Origin: Candidatus Thorarchaeota archaeon
Lineage (GTDB): Archaea > Asgardarchaeota > Thorarchaeia > Thorarchaeales > Thorarchaeaceae
Assembly: GCA_048882325.1 (NCBI GenBank)
Contig: JBHLRS010000007.1
Coordinates: 49,795 to 113,794, forward strand
Length of the DNA: 64,000 bases
Direction of reading: 5' to 3'
Shown: piece by piece, positions 17,347 to 26,354 of the stretch
How positions within the stretch are numbered: the stretch's first letter is position 1
How the letters are laid out: the number at the start of each line of letters is the position of its first letter
Program-made: the position numbers and the translations under genes
The notes under the pieces: generated by a model
The model's input: only the letters and a program-made list of their open reading frames with translations
Databases searched by the model: none
What the model was told of the DNA's origin: nothing

Positions 17347-18549
17347 ATGACCGTTGATACTGAAGTTATCATTATAGGTGCTGGACCCGCGGGTCTCATT
17401 GCAGCCCGTCGACTAGAAGAGTTAGAGATCTCCTACACTCTCCTAAGCCGAGACACCTCTCCGGGAATCAACAAAGCATGCGGAGGTTACGTTCCAAGTC
17501 GTGCACTGAAGGAGTTCAGCCTTCAGGGCATGCCAGGTGCATACCCTATTGAAACCATTCGGATGAAGTTTCCAGGACTTGCGTTGAAGGAAATCAAATT
17601 TGACAATCCAGTCGGAGTAAACATTAGTAGAGAGAATCTTGGAAAGGCACTGCTCGAGAAAGTTACCCAAGAGAGTGGTGAAATTTGGCTCGATACAGAA
17701 AGCAATTTTGTAGAAACTACAAAGGACTTAGTCATCATCCATTATACTAAGGATGATGTCAGAGATACCCTCTCCTGCAGGTTACTAATTGATGCCAGTG
17801 GTGCCAATCCTGCGAGTCAGAGGACATTAATTGTGCGCCAGAGACCTCCAAACGACCAATTGGGCTACGCAGTTCAGTATCAAATGAAATGTGAAGACAC
17901 ATTACCAGGTGCGAATGACTTCTACTACGGGAGTGAGTTTTCACCAAGGGGCTACGCGTGGAATTTTCCAAGAAAAAAAGAAACAGTTGTAGGAACAGGT
18001 GGGATTGTGAACAAAGTTCGAGAAAGTAGTCGGAGGGTCATAGAATATCTCGACAATCTTGTCAATGATGTTGAACCTATCAGAACGGAGTTACAGGATG
18101 TTGGTGCAGCGGTTATAAGGAAAGAAGCCGCTCTCATGCCGTTGGCAGGCATTGTTAGCCCCTCTTTCGGACGCCGTATTCTCTTGGCTGGCGACGCAGC
18201 TTGTCATTGTTCACCCATCTCTGGGGAAGGAATTCACTATTCCATGTTGGGAGGTCTCAAAGCAGCGGATGTTGCCGCGGGATGTGTGAAGAATAAAGAC
18301 TACTCAGACAAAGCACTCTCCAAATATGAGAGCTTGTGGACCAAAGCATTTGGATCAGACTTGAAGTGGGGGCTCTGGCTTCAGAAGAGATTTCTTGATT
18401 CAGGGTCAAGCTCGATGGGTTCCACATTTCTTCGTTCAGAAAAGTCTACTCGTGTAATCGCAGAAATGCTAGCAGGGGTTCGTTCAGTGAGGAGTGCTAT
18501 TCTTGCGGCTGCACCAGGCTATTTGATTTCGAAAATCAGGCGATCTTGA
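17347..18549 (+). CDS. geranylgeranyl reductase family FAD oxidoreductase
   Basis: IIGAGPAG, KACGG, GYAWNFP, LAGDAA, PISGEGI. Confidence 0.9.
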   Translation: MTVDTEVIIIGAGPAGLIAARRLEELEISYTLLSRDTSPGINKACGGYVPSRALKEFSLQGMPGAYPIETIRMKFPGLALKEIKFDNPVGVNISRENLGKALLEKVTQESGEIWLDTESNFVETTKDLVIIHYTKDDVRDTLSCRLLIDASGANPASQRTLIVRQRPPNDQLGYAVQYQMKCEDTLPGANDFYYGSEFSPRGYAWNFPRKKETVVGTGGIVNKVRESSRRVIEYLDNLVNDVEPIRTELQDVGAAVIRKEAALMPLAGIVSPSFGRRILLAGDAACHCSPISGEGIHYSMLGGLKAADVAAGCVKNKDYSDKALSKYESLWTKAFGSDLKWGLWLQKRFLDSGSSSMGSTFLRSEKSTRVIAEMLAGVRSVRSAILAAAPGYLISKIRRS

Positions 18550-18555
18550 AGATAG

Positions 18556-19683
18556 TTACTTCAAGGGGTATGTCCCTTTCTTTGCAGCGTAATCGTACAA
18601 CTCCAAGATCTTCTCTGGAGTAGCCTCTAGCTGAAGATTGTGTGCGGGTGCTAGAATGTAGCCGCCACCATGCGCAAATGCATTAATGCGTGTATCGACT
18701 TCTGCTCGTACTTCATCGATTGTGCCTTTGGCTGCCATAACATGTTGGATGTCTATACCCCCATGAAATGTCAGTGTATCCCCATATTTCTTCTTGAGCT
18801 CAGCTGAGTCCATTCCCTTTGCAAGTGGTTGGACTGGATTTAGGATGTCCACTCCTACATCAATCAGGTCCTGTCCTAAAGGTTCTAGTGAACCGCAAGT
18901 GTGATGGAGGATCTTAACTTGTGGCGCTCTCCTGTGTATATCATCATAGACTCTCTTGTGTCGGTCTTTTACCATGCTCCTGTAGATTCGTGGGCTCATG
19001 ACAAGTCCTTGCTGATGACCTAGGTCATCACCGAATTGAAAGATATCCAAGTATTCACCAACCTCGTCCAGAAACACACGGTTCATTTCCAGAGCTAATT
19101 TTGTGATCTTTTCCAACATTGCTTCAGCCAGATCTGGTCGTCGAAGCATATCTCCAAGGAATCTCTCGAACCCTCTCATGAAGTGTGCAGCCATCTCAAA
19201 GATTCCCCAAGGACCTCCCCCATAACCAACGATTGCATAGTCTGTCTTCTCGTGTAGGTGTTTTGCTAGTTCTCTGACACCCTCCATCCTTGATGGGTCT
19301 TCAGGGTCGGGCCATTCAAACTCCTCTACTTGTTCCACTTCTGTGAAATCCGACCAGGGATTGTAGGTCGTTTCGGTATAGTGACCAACCACCTTCGAAC
19401 CGTATCCGAATTCATCTTCCAAAGATCCATCTGGTAGCGGCTTAGGTTTAAACCCTGCAGCAGTTTTCATGTGGACGTGTCTGAAGTCTATGTTCAAACG
19501 CTTCAGTAATTCTTCTGACGTTTTCCATGGGGTGAACAGTCCCCACCTATGTGTTTCAGGAGCTTTGATTCCGAGGTGATTCCTTAGATTCTCGTATGCC
19601 TCATATGTTGCCCAAAAATCCAGCGGAACTCGGTCAGGTTCCTCATGATTTACTGCTTTGTGAAATCTTTCTCTTGGCTTCAA
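18556..19683 (-). CDS. uroporphyrinogen decarboxylase / MtaA-like family protein
   Basis: EEPDRVP, GDDLG, HHTCG, LNPVQ, FHGGIDIQ, GGYILAPAHN. Confidence 0.88.
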   Translation of the reverse strand: MKPRERFHKAVNHEEPDRVPLDFWATYEAYENLRNHLGIKAPETHRWGLFTPWKTSEELLKRLNIDFRHVHMKTAAGFKPKPLPDGSLEDEFGYGSKVVGHYTETTYNPWSDFTEVEQVEEFEWPDPEDPSRMEGVRELAKHLHEKTDYAIVGYGGGPWGIFEMAAHFMRGFERFLGDMLRRPDLAEAMLEKITKLALEMNRVFLDEVGEYLDIFQFGDDLGHQQGLVMSPRIYRSMVKDRHKRVYDDIHRRAPQVKILHHTCGSLEPLGQDLIDVGVDILNPVQPLAKGMDSAELKKKYGDTLTFHGGIDIQHVMAAKGTIDEVRAEVDTRINAFAHGGGYILAPAHNLQLEATPEKILELYDYAAKKGTYPLK

Positions 19684-19970
19684 GGAACATCACCAGGTAT
19701 CTAGTAATACACAATTCCTGTTTAAATTGAGTTCGACTGCAATTCAATGAAAGGTTATACCTACTCAATTTACTCTCAATCATTTCTCCACTCTATGTCG
19801 TAGATGTAGTGTTCATAGCTGATAAACGATTTCGATGATTCATTGTATGGTTATATCAGATACTTTATATTGCGAAATGGTCAAAAATTTTTAGCGGATT
19901 TGCGAAAAATGCAATCCAATCGTGTATCGTTTGCGACTTCTGCGGAAGTTCTGACTGAAAGGGTGATTGA

Positions 19971-20324
19971 ATGGCAAACCTCCACATGTACTTCAATAGG
20001 AAATTCTCCTCCTCCTTACGTGCAACTATCAAACATGTGGATCGCGGATATGCAATCGATAGACACGAAGTAGAACAAACCGCAAAACCGTGGAGCGAGC
20101 TCTTCGAACCGATGGGACCCGGATTGAAGAGCTCCACATCACCAACAGGTGAAACCATAACGAGATCGCTGGATCGGGATTTGAATTCATCGAACCAAGA
20201 TAGGAAGGACATCGATTCATCGACGCCTGACGCCGAGTACTATTTCATTGATGAAACCACCACTTTCTTAAATGCGGCTCTCAGGTACCTCAAAGACATA
20301 TTCCTATTGACACAACATAGCTGA
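19971..20324 (+). CDS. hypothetical protein
   Basis: Strong GGGTGATT site before the ATG; no recognised motif. Confidence 0.5.
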   Translation: MANLHMYFNRKFSSSLRATIKHVDRGYAIDRHEVEQTAKPWSELFEPMGPGLKSSTSPTGETITRSLDRDLNSSNQDRKDIDSSTPDAEYYFIDETTTFLNAALRYLKDIFLLTQHS

Positions 20325-20380
20325 TTCATAGACAACAATGACCCACTAGCGGTCTCGTTTCCCTTTTGGACAGTTCCTCA

Positions 20381-21754
20381 TTAATCCCAGAATCCATCAG
20401 ACCATCTAGAATCAATCTCTTTCTCTGCTAGATCCACAATAGCTGAAGATTCATCATTAAGAGCTGCACGAATAATCGATGCAGCATCCTCCTTGTTCAG
20501 CAGTCTGCTAGCTTTTACTATGGCCAGTCGAACGCGCTCTTGTGGTCTACCATATAGACGAAGAAGAATCTCAGCAGCATTTGATCCTCCTTGAAAAACC
20601 ACTGAACTCAGGGTTTCATCGATCATTGTGGTTGGCATTCCCTTTGAGAGGAGAGAGTTGAGAATGCTGTTTATCTCAGAGATATCAACTGTGGGGGGTT
20701 TGGCAACTTGTGGAGGAGAAATCGGACCGAGACCCTCTAGTCGCGATGATAGTGTTGAGTAGGCACGTGTAGCTTCCCTTCTCACAGGTGTTGTCCTACC
20801 ATTCTTCATCAAATCCTCGAGCAGATCCAGCGTAACTTTATCTCCAAATTCACCAAGTTGCCTGATAGCTCTGATACTAAGAGAGTGAGTTGGATTTGTT
20901 GCAATATCTGACAACACATCGTTGCATAGATGAGTTTTAGCATCATGCATGGTAGTGATAGCTGAATGTTGTTGGTTGAAATCACTCGAATAGATGTTTG
21001 AGCGAGCTGACTTCACTCTATGTAGCACGTTTAGCTCACTATATTGTGAGATGGATTCATCTCCATCAGTGTTCGGTCCTCTTTGCCTTCTTTTCTCATC
21101 CACAAATTCTTCCCAATAGCGGGGATCAATCTCGGCCAACATAGGTTCAATGGCAAGACCAGTCGCTTCAAGGCTCTCTCTAATAGTAGCAAATTGTTCT
21201 TCATTGACGACGACGTCAAAGTGTCTATGTCCATGTGCAGCACTAACAATTTTCTGGCCATAATAAGTCTTCAACAAGTCTGCAGTACAATATTGGCGAG
21301 ATTCTCCTTCCTTGTATTGAATCTTACATTCATGAAGTTCTTCAATTCTCTGTTGAAGTATTGCAGGTATAAGAACCGCGTAATGTCCCTTACTTATAGT
21401 TTGAATATTGATGCAGAATTGGTCGAATCTCCTATCCCTCTCGACGAGGAGGTCACGAGTGAAGGCAACCATGAAGGATTGAGGATTTTCTCTCACAGAT
21501 CTATCTTTTAGTACTCTCAAGACGTTCAGCGATGGAATCTGAACTGCAAAGTAGATATCCCACATTCCCAGATAATGGAAGATGTGGTCTCTGTTTTCCA
21601 ACGTGATATGAGCTGCAACCTTTTCCAGTTCTTCTAAACCTTCTATGAGAGCTGATAATGCGTCATTTTTCAATGCTTGATCAATCATATGAGAGCTTGC
21701 AGCAAAGTTACTCTCATTGACTACAGCCCGAAATTTGAGAGCAATGTCCGTCAA
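20381..21754 (-). CDS. HEAT/PBS-lyase repeat protein with unknown N-terminal domain
   Basis: IRAIRQLGEFGD, VRREATRAY, VRLAIVKASRLL, AALNDESSAIVDLA. Confidence 0.7.
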   Translation of the reverse strand: MTDIALKFRAVVNESNFAASSHMIDQALKNDALSALIEGLEELEKVAAHITLENRDHIFHYLGMWDIYFAVQIPSLNVLRVLKDRSVRENPQSFMVAFTRDLLVERDRRFDQFCINIQTISKGHYAVLIPAILQQRIEELHECKIQYKEGESRQYCTADLLKTYYGQKIVSAAHGHRHFDVVVNEEQFATIRESLEATGLAIEPMLAEIDPRYWEEFVDEKRRQRGPNTDGDESISQYSELNVLHRVKSARSNIYSSDFNQQHSAITTMHDAKTHLCNDVLSDIATNPTHSLSIRAIRQLGEFGDKVTLDLLEDLMKNGRTTPVRREATRAYSTLSSRLEGLGPISPPQVAKPPTVDISEINSILNSLLSKGMPTTMIDETLSSVVFQGGSNAAEILLRLYGRPQERVRLAIVKASRLLNKEDAASIIRAALNDESSAIVDLAEKEIDSRWSDGFWD

Positions 21755-21878
21755 CTTACCTCAGGTTGAAAATCAAACCTTCAACTTATCAACATAACCA
21801 AATATGAAAGTAAGAAAGATGAGAAAGGCCTGGCCTCTGCACAGCCAGGCCAACAAAGAGGGTGTGTGGTGAGGAGAA

Positions 21879-22148
21879 TTAGGAGCCTGTGCCGCGCATT
21901 CTATGGACAATGAAGCACTTCTCGCGATATGCTTGATCTTCAAGGTCATTGATAAAGTTCTCAAGTTTCTTGACCCTGGTGAACTCTTCCTCGATACCAA
22001 GATCACGAACTTGAATCAAAGCTTTCTTGTGCTCAATACGCACGTAAATTCCGCCCAGTCCGACCCCATGTTTCATGTACACCGGGTCCTCCTGGTTCTT
22101 AACACGATAGAAACCCTGTCTTCTGAGCATTCTACTGAACATCATCAT
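21879..22148 (-). CDS. small conserved-looking hypothetical protein
   Basis: MMMFSRMLRRQGF... with GGAGGG upstream; alpha/beta pattern. Confidence 0.6.
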   Translation of the reverse strand: MMMFSRMLRRQGFYRVKNQEDPVYMKHGVGLGGIYVRIEHKKALIQVRDLGIEEEFTRVKKLENFINDLEDQAYREKCFIVHRMRGTGS

Positions 22149-22730
22149 TGTGTCGTAGCCCTCCCGGCGGTCTCGACAACAGACGTAAACGCTATCCATA
22201 ATATAAAGGCATAGGGTTTCTATTGGTACACGCAAGCTTTTCGCGCCATATCCTATGCGGCGGAAGCTGCCAAATACAATACAAATCGATAATTTTGGTC
22301 ATAGAAACTACACAAAATGACAGTTATATACGAATTTTCTGAATTTTTAATCTAGCTTCCTTGACTTCTAGCTTCCAGCCATACAGAATAGCGCGGATTA
22401 GCTTAACGTTTACATCTATAATCAAAATGGGTTTCTGGATCCTTCCTCAACGTTTACAAGCTAAATTTTGCAACGTGTACAATAGAGACAACTAGCCCGT
22501 ATGAGCCCAGATTGAGACAAAGTGAGACTTAATTCCTTGAGACAGTTTGTTTATCTTTGAAATCAATAGCTGAGTGCTAATCTCGCTCGAAAGCGGCCTC
22601 AGTCAGTATACGCCGCTTATGATGCAATGAAAATACGTAGAATTAGAGAAGAACCAACCATTATTTTCACTTGGTCAAAGACAACCCTTAAAATGTGTTC
22701 AGAAAAGTCGTGAGCCAAGGCGAAAAGACA

Positions 22731-23252
22731 ATGCAATTTGACTCTCTACTTCAAATATTACAATCAATGCCTGTTTCTACGGTTTTCATTATGCTGGTTG
22801 CAATCACACTAGCACTTGTATCAATCTGGGCAACTCGAAGATTCACAGATATGGAAAAGATGCAAGCAGACATGGCAGAGGTCAAAGCTTGGCAAGAGAG
22901 ATTCAAAAAGGCAAGGGAGTCAATGGACCCAATTGAACTTCAACAAGTCATGGATGACCAAGGTAGAATAATGCGACTCAACACTGCAATGATGTCAGCG
23001 AGAATGAAGCCGATGTGTGTCTACTACATTCCATTTCTCATCGTCTTTGCAATATTGAACTTGATCTACGGGAACAATATAGTCGCAATCATTCCATTTA
23101 ACATTGACAAGGCACTTCCATTCCTTAGTGGATGGATTGGTCACTCAGTCCAAGGTGGTTTTGGTCTTAGTTACTATGGTTACTATATCCTGGTTGGATT
23201 GGGTTTAGGGAACATAATTAGAAGACCGTTTGGTCTCTCAATGACAACATAA
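22731..23252 (+). CDS. EMC3/TMCO1/Get1 (DUF106, Oxa1 superfamily) membrane insertase
   Basis: TM1, cytosolic coiled coil (DMEKMQ...MKPMCVYYIP), TM2, TM3 (YYGYYIL). Confidence 0.85.
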   Translation: MQFDSLLQILQSMPVSTVFIMLVAITLALVSIWATRRFTDMEKMQADMAEVKAWQERFKKARESMDPIELQQVMDDQGRIMRLNTAMMSARMKPMCVYYIPFLIVFAILNLIYGNNIVAIIPFNIDKALPFLSGWIGHSVQGGFGLSYYGYYILVGLGLGNIIRRPFGLSMTT

Positions 23253-23465
23253 CGTGACCAGCACTTCCTATGAGCGCTGTTTTGTGCCAAACGTGACACA
23301 TTGGTTACGTACTTCATCTCCTTTTTATTCAATCTAGAGACTTCCATTCTTGCGGTTCCCCACGGGAGCATCCGTACTTCGGTTGCGGGGACACTGAGAG
23401 AGGATGTAACTCTTATTCTACCAGAACATCCCTAGTGGTCTTTCTTCCTTGTTACATCCTTTCTC
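23252..23465. ncRNA. candidate structured RNA / cis-regulatory element
   Basis: 15-bp stem 23396-23410/23451-23465, C(UUCG)G loop at 23377-23382, three-way junction at 23252-23310. Confidence 0.4.
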
Positions 23466-23522
23466 TGCACTTCAATGTCGAATCAGTAACCGTTTTAACA
23501 TACATTGATGAGTCACTAAGTT

Positions 23523-24716
23523 ATGAGCGCAGGACCCTCAAAAGTATACTTCGGATCTGTAATTCCCGGAAACACAGCTAGATGGGCAGCTTTTGCAGCC
23601 AAGGTGGATGAAGTCGTAAAGAAACTGAACTTCAAATCCATTGACAAAAAAGACAAAGTCGCAATCAAGATGCATCTTGGCTTCAATGATGGCTATCAGA
23701 CAGTGCCAGTCTTCTTTGTGAGAAGAATCGTGAAAGCTGTCAAGGAAGCAGGTGGATACCCATTCATCACAGATAATCCAACAGCTGTGTACAACGCAGT
23801 GGAAAGAGGATATGCACAAGAAACATGTGGCTGTCCAATAATCCCCGTTGCTGGTGTAAAAGATGGCTATACCTATGATTTCAATGTGAACTTCCATAAT
23901 GTGGACACATTGAAGATAGGCGGAGTGATGGTAGACGCTGATGTCCTTGTTGATCTCACTCATGTCAAGGGACACAACGGTTGTGGGTTTGGTGGAGCGA
24001 TTAAGAACATTGCATTAGGGGGATATCATGGACCATCACGTTGGAATAAGATTCATGGTGTTGAACAGTCATTACCCTATTGGGACGCTGATAAGTGCAC
24101 ACCTGCACATGCAAAGAAACTAGTTGAAGCGTGCAAAGAGAATTGTATCAAGTATGACGAAGAGAAACACAAACTGACTGTGGCCTTTGGAATGTGTACC
24201 CAGTGTATGGATTGCATTGAAGCTGACAAAGGAGTTGAGTGTCTACAAATCAAGCAGGAAAACTTCTCTCTGTTTCAGGAATTAATGGCACTTGGAGCAA
24301 ACGAGATTCTCAAGACATTCGATGAAGACAAACGATTTTTCCTCAGTTTCCTGATCGACATCACACCCTTTTGCGATTGTTGGGGTACGGGTCAACCGGC
24401 CATTCTCAATGATGTCGGGGTGCTTGGTAGTAGAGACATCGTAGCTATAGAGCAAGCTAGTCTGGATCTGATTGGAAAGCAGGAAGTTATTGAGAGTATG
24501 GTACCACCTTTTGTGAGACTACATAATGACCCCGGTCTACATCCATTCCAGCGTATCAATGGACCTCTGAAAAACCCATACATTTCAGTCGAATATGCTG
24601 AAAAACTTGGAATGGGAAGCCGACACTACAAACTAGTTGAAGTCCTATCACCTAAAAAAACATCAAAGCAGAAAGGTCCAAGTACAGTAACTGAACCTCC
24701 TGGTTCATTCTTCTAG
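23523..24716 (+). CDS. DUF362 family Fe-S protein
   Basis: VAIKMHLG, THVKGH, GGAIKNIALG, ferredoxin-like Cys insert, ITPFCDC, SRDIVAIEQAS. Confidence 0.88.
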   Translation: MSAGPSKVYFGSVIPGNTARWAAFAAKVDEVVKKLNFKSIDKKDKVAIKMHLGFNDGYQTVPVFFVRRIVKAVKEAGGYPFITDNPTAVYNAVERGYAQETCGCPIIPVAGVKDGYTYDFNVNFHNVDTLKIGGVMVDADVLVDLTHVKGHNGCGFGGAIKNIALGGYHGPSRWNKIHGVEQSLPYWDADKCTPAHAKKLVEACKENCIKYDEEKHKLTVAFGMCTQCMDCIEADKGVECLQIKQENFSLFQELMALGANEILKTFDEDKRFFLSFLIDITPFCDCWGTGQPAILNDVGVLGSRDIVAIEQASLDLIGKQEVIESMVPPFVRLHNDPGLHPFQRINGPLKNPYISVEYAEKLGMGSRHYKLVEVLSPKKTSKQKGPSTVTEPPGSFF

Positions 24717-24821
24717 GTACTAATATTCGTCTAAACCAGATAATGATTAAAATACTCACACATAAGTGTCCCTTGGGGCGAAGACATCTATCGAGCAGCA
24801 TCTAGGCTGAGTGAAATTAAG

Positions 24822-25337
24822 TTGCCATTCGAACATTCTCCTGAAGAGAGGCTCAAACGATACAAAGCTAGTCTAGATAAGATGGCGAAAGAAGAGGGTC
24901 GTAATCTGAAAACGACCAAGCAGAAGATGAAGACCTCAAAGCAAAAAGGAGAGAAAGCTCCCAATCCTGTAAAACAGGTTCCACGTAAGGTCAAATCACC
25001 AGACCCACAGCATAAGCCACCCCAAGTACTTGTAAGTCCAGCAAAGAAGGAACTGAGAACAGCTGGAGTATCAATAAGAAAATCTCTCACAGATGCTAAG
25101 GTTAAGGAGATCGATGGAAGAAATCTTGTGATGCTCAAGGTTCGCCTTCGTTCAATAGACAGTTCCCTGAGAGATATTAAGAAACGTCGAGATACACTTG
25201 AGGCTCAACTCAAAAGCAAGTTTATCGATAAAGAAAGGTATCGTAAGGAGATGGACGCTCTAGTTGATGAGGGACGTACGTTGCTGGTCGAACGAGAGCG
25301 AGTCGAGAAAGAAATGAAGAAACTCAAACAGGAGTAG
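24822..25337 (+). CDS. Lys-rich coiled-coil hypothetical protein
   Basis: Basic disordered N-half; heptad C-half with LKSKFIDKERY. Confidence 0.7.
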   Translation: MPFEHSPEERLKRYKASLDKMAKEEGRNLKTTKQKMKTSKQKGEKAPNPVKQVPRKVKSPDPQHKPPQVLVSPAKKELRTAGVSIRKSLTDAKVKEIDGRNLVMLKVRLRSIDSSLRDIKKRRDTLEAQLKSKFIDKERYRKEMDALVDEGRTLLVERERVEKEMKKLKQE

Positions 25338-25442
25338 TAGTGAATTTCACTGAAGTGTTTCTCCAACGACACTACAATACAACAGCAAAAAAGGGAAATA
25401 CACCTCTCGAAATCAGTGAAATGAGTCCGGAGGCTGTATCCC

Positions 25443-26354
25443 CTGAGTAAGAAACGTGCTAAAGCACAATCTAAACGTCTGTCTTATGTACACAAAATTT
25501 GTGAACTCAGTAGACGTGGAGACATGGATGCAGTTGCGAATCATATGAAGGGATACTTTACAGATAAACAGGCTCATCCCTGGCACAGCATGTACAAGGA
25601 TATTGAGAAGTACTGGCTAAAGGAGCATCCTAAGAGAGATGTGACTGAAAGCCTCATTTTGCTGCGAGATGCAGTCTTTAGTAGTCTTGAGATTCTATCT
25701 CTCAGTATCGCGTTGGATGTACCAACATCCGAACTGGTCGCTATCTTTACCAAAGAAGCAACATGGAAAGAAGGGCGACAAAAGGTCAGAAACAAGTCTA
25801 TCGAGCTTATCGAAGAAATGATCAATAAGAGGAAGACACGTTACATAGTCCCATCTGCCCTCAAGCGAGATGGATTCGGGTTTCTCGTAGGCGAATTAGA
25901 GGAAGCAGAGCTTGAAACCTTCAAAAAAGCCAGACCTAAGATGAAGAAGGTTAAGGAGAAGAAGAGTAAGAAGTCGAGAGGAAAGCAGAAAATGAAAGAG
26001 GTTCTTGATCTAGGACCTTTGGAAAAGAGCAAACTGGGTAGCAGATTCCTACGGGAACAGATGATCATGGAATCCCAGATCGATAAGGATGACCCTCGTA
26101 TACCCACTCTAATTGAAGCATACGAGCAATTTCTAGTGAATATTGAGATTGATTTGAGTGCCTCAATCCCAGAACCTGTTCCAACTGAACAGGTCACTCT
26201 TAATGGTAAACCTTTAGCTGAAGAACCTGAAGTAAAATCTGAACCTAGCAAAAGGACTCAGAAGAAAGGTGTACAATCACCTTTGACAGATTTCATTGAA
26301 GAAAAACCAGTTACTAAGAAGAAAGCAAAGAAGAGGAGGACCAAAAAGAAATGA
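25443..26354 (+). CDS. hypothetical protein with Lys-rich tracts; probable CTG start
   Basis: GGAGG 9 nt before CTG 25443 (MSKKRAKAQ...), in frame with the track ATG at 25524. Stop overlaps the next ATG (ATGA). Confidence 0.7.
   Translation: MSKKRAKAQSKRLSYVHKICELSRRGDMDAVANHMKGYFTDKQAHPWHSMYKDIEKYWLKEHPKRDVTESLILLRDAVFSSLEILSLSIALDVPTSELVAIFTKEATWKEGRQKVRNKSIELIEEMINKRKTRYIVPSALKRDGFGFLVGELEEAELETFKKARPKMKKVKEKKSKKSRGKQKMKEVLDLGPLEKSKLGSRFLREQMIMESQIDKDDPRIPTLIEAYEQFLVNIEIDLSASIPEPVPTEQVTLNGKPLAEEPEVKSEPSKRTQKKGVQSPLTDFIEEKPVTKKKAKKRRTKKK

Noticed and set aside
23380-23440. Cobalamin (minus strand CCCCGCAAC) or TPP (plus strand CTGAGA) riboswitch
   Set aside because: No B12 box and no ACCTGA/P4-P5 elements.
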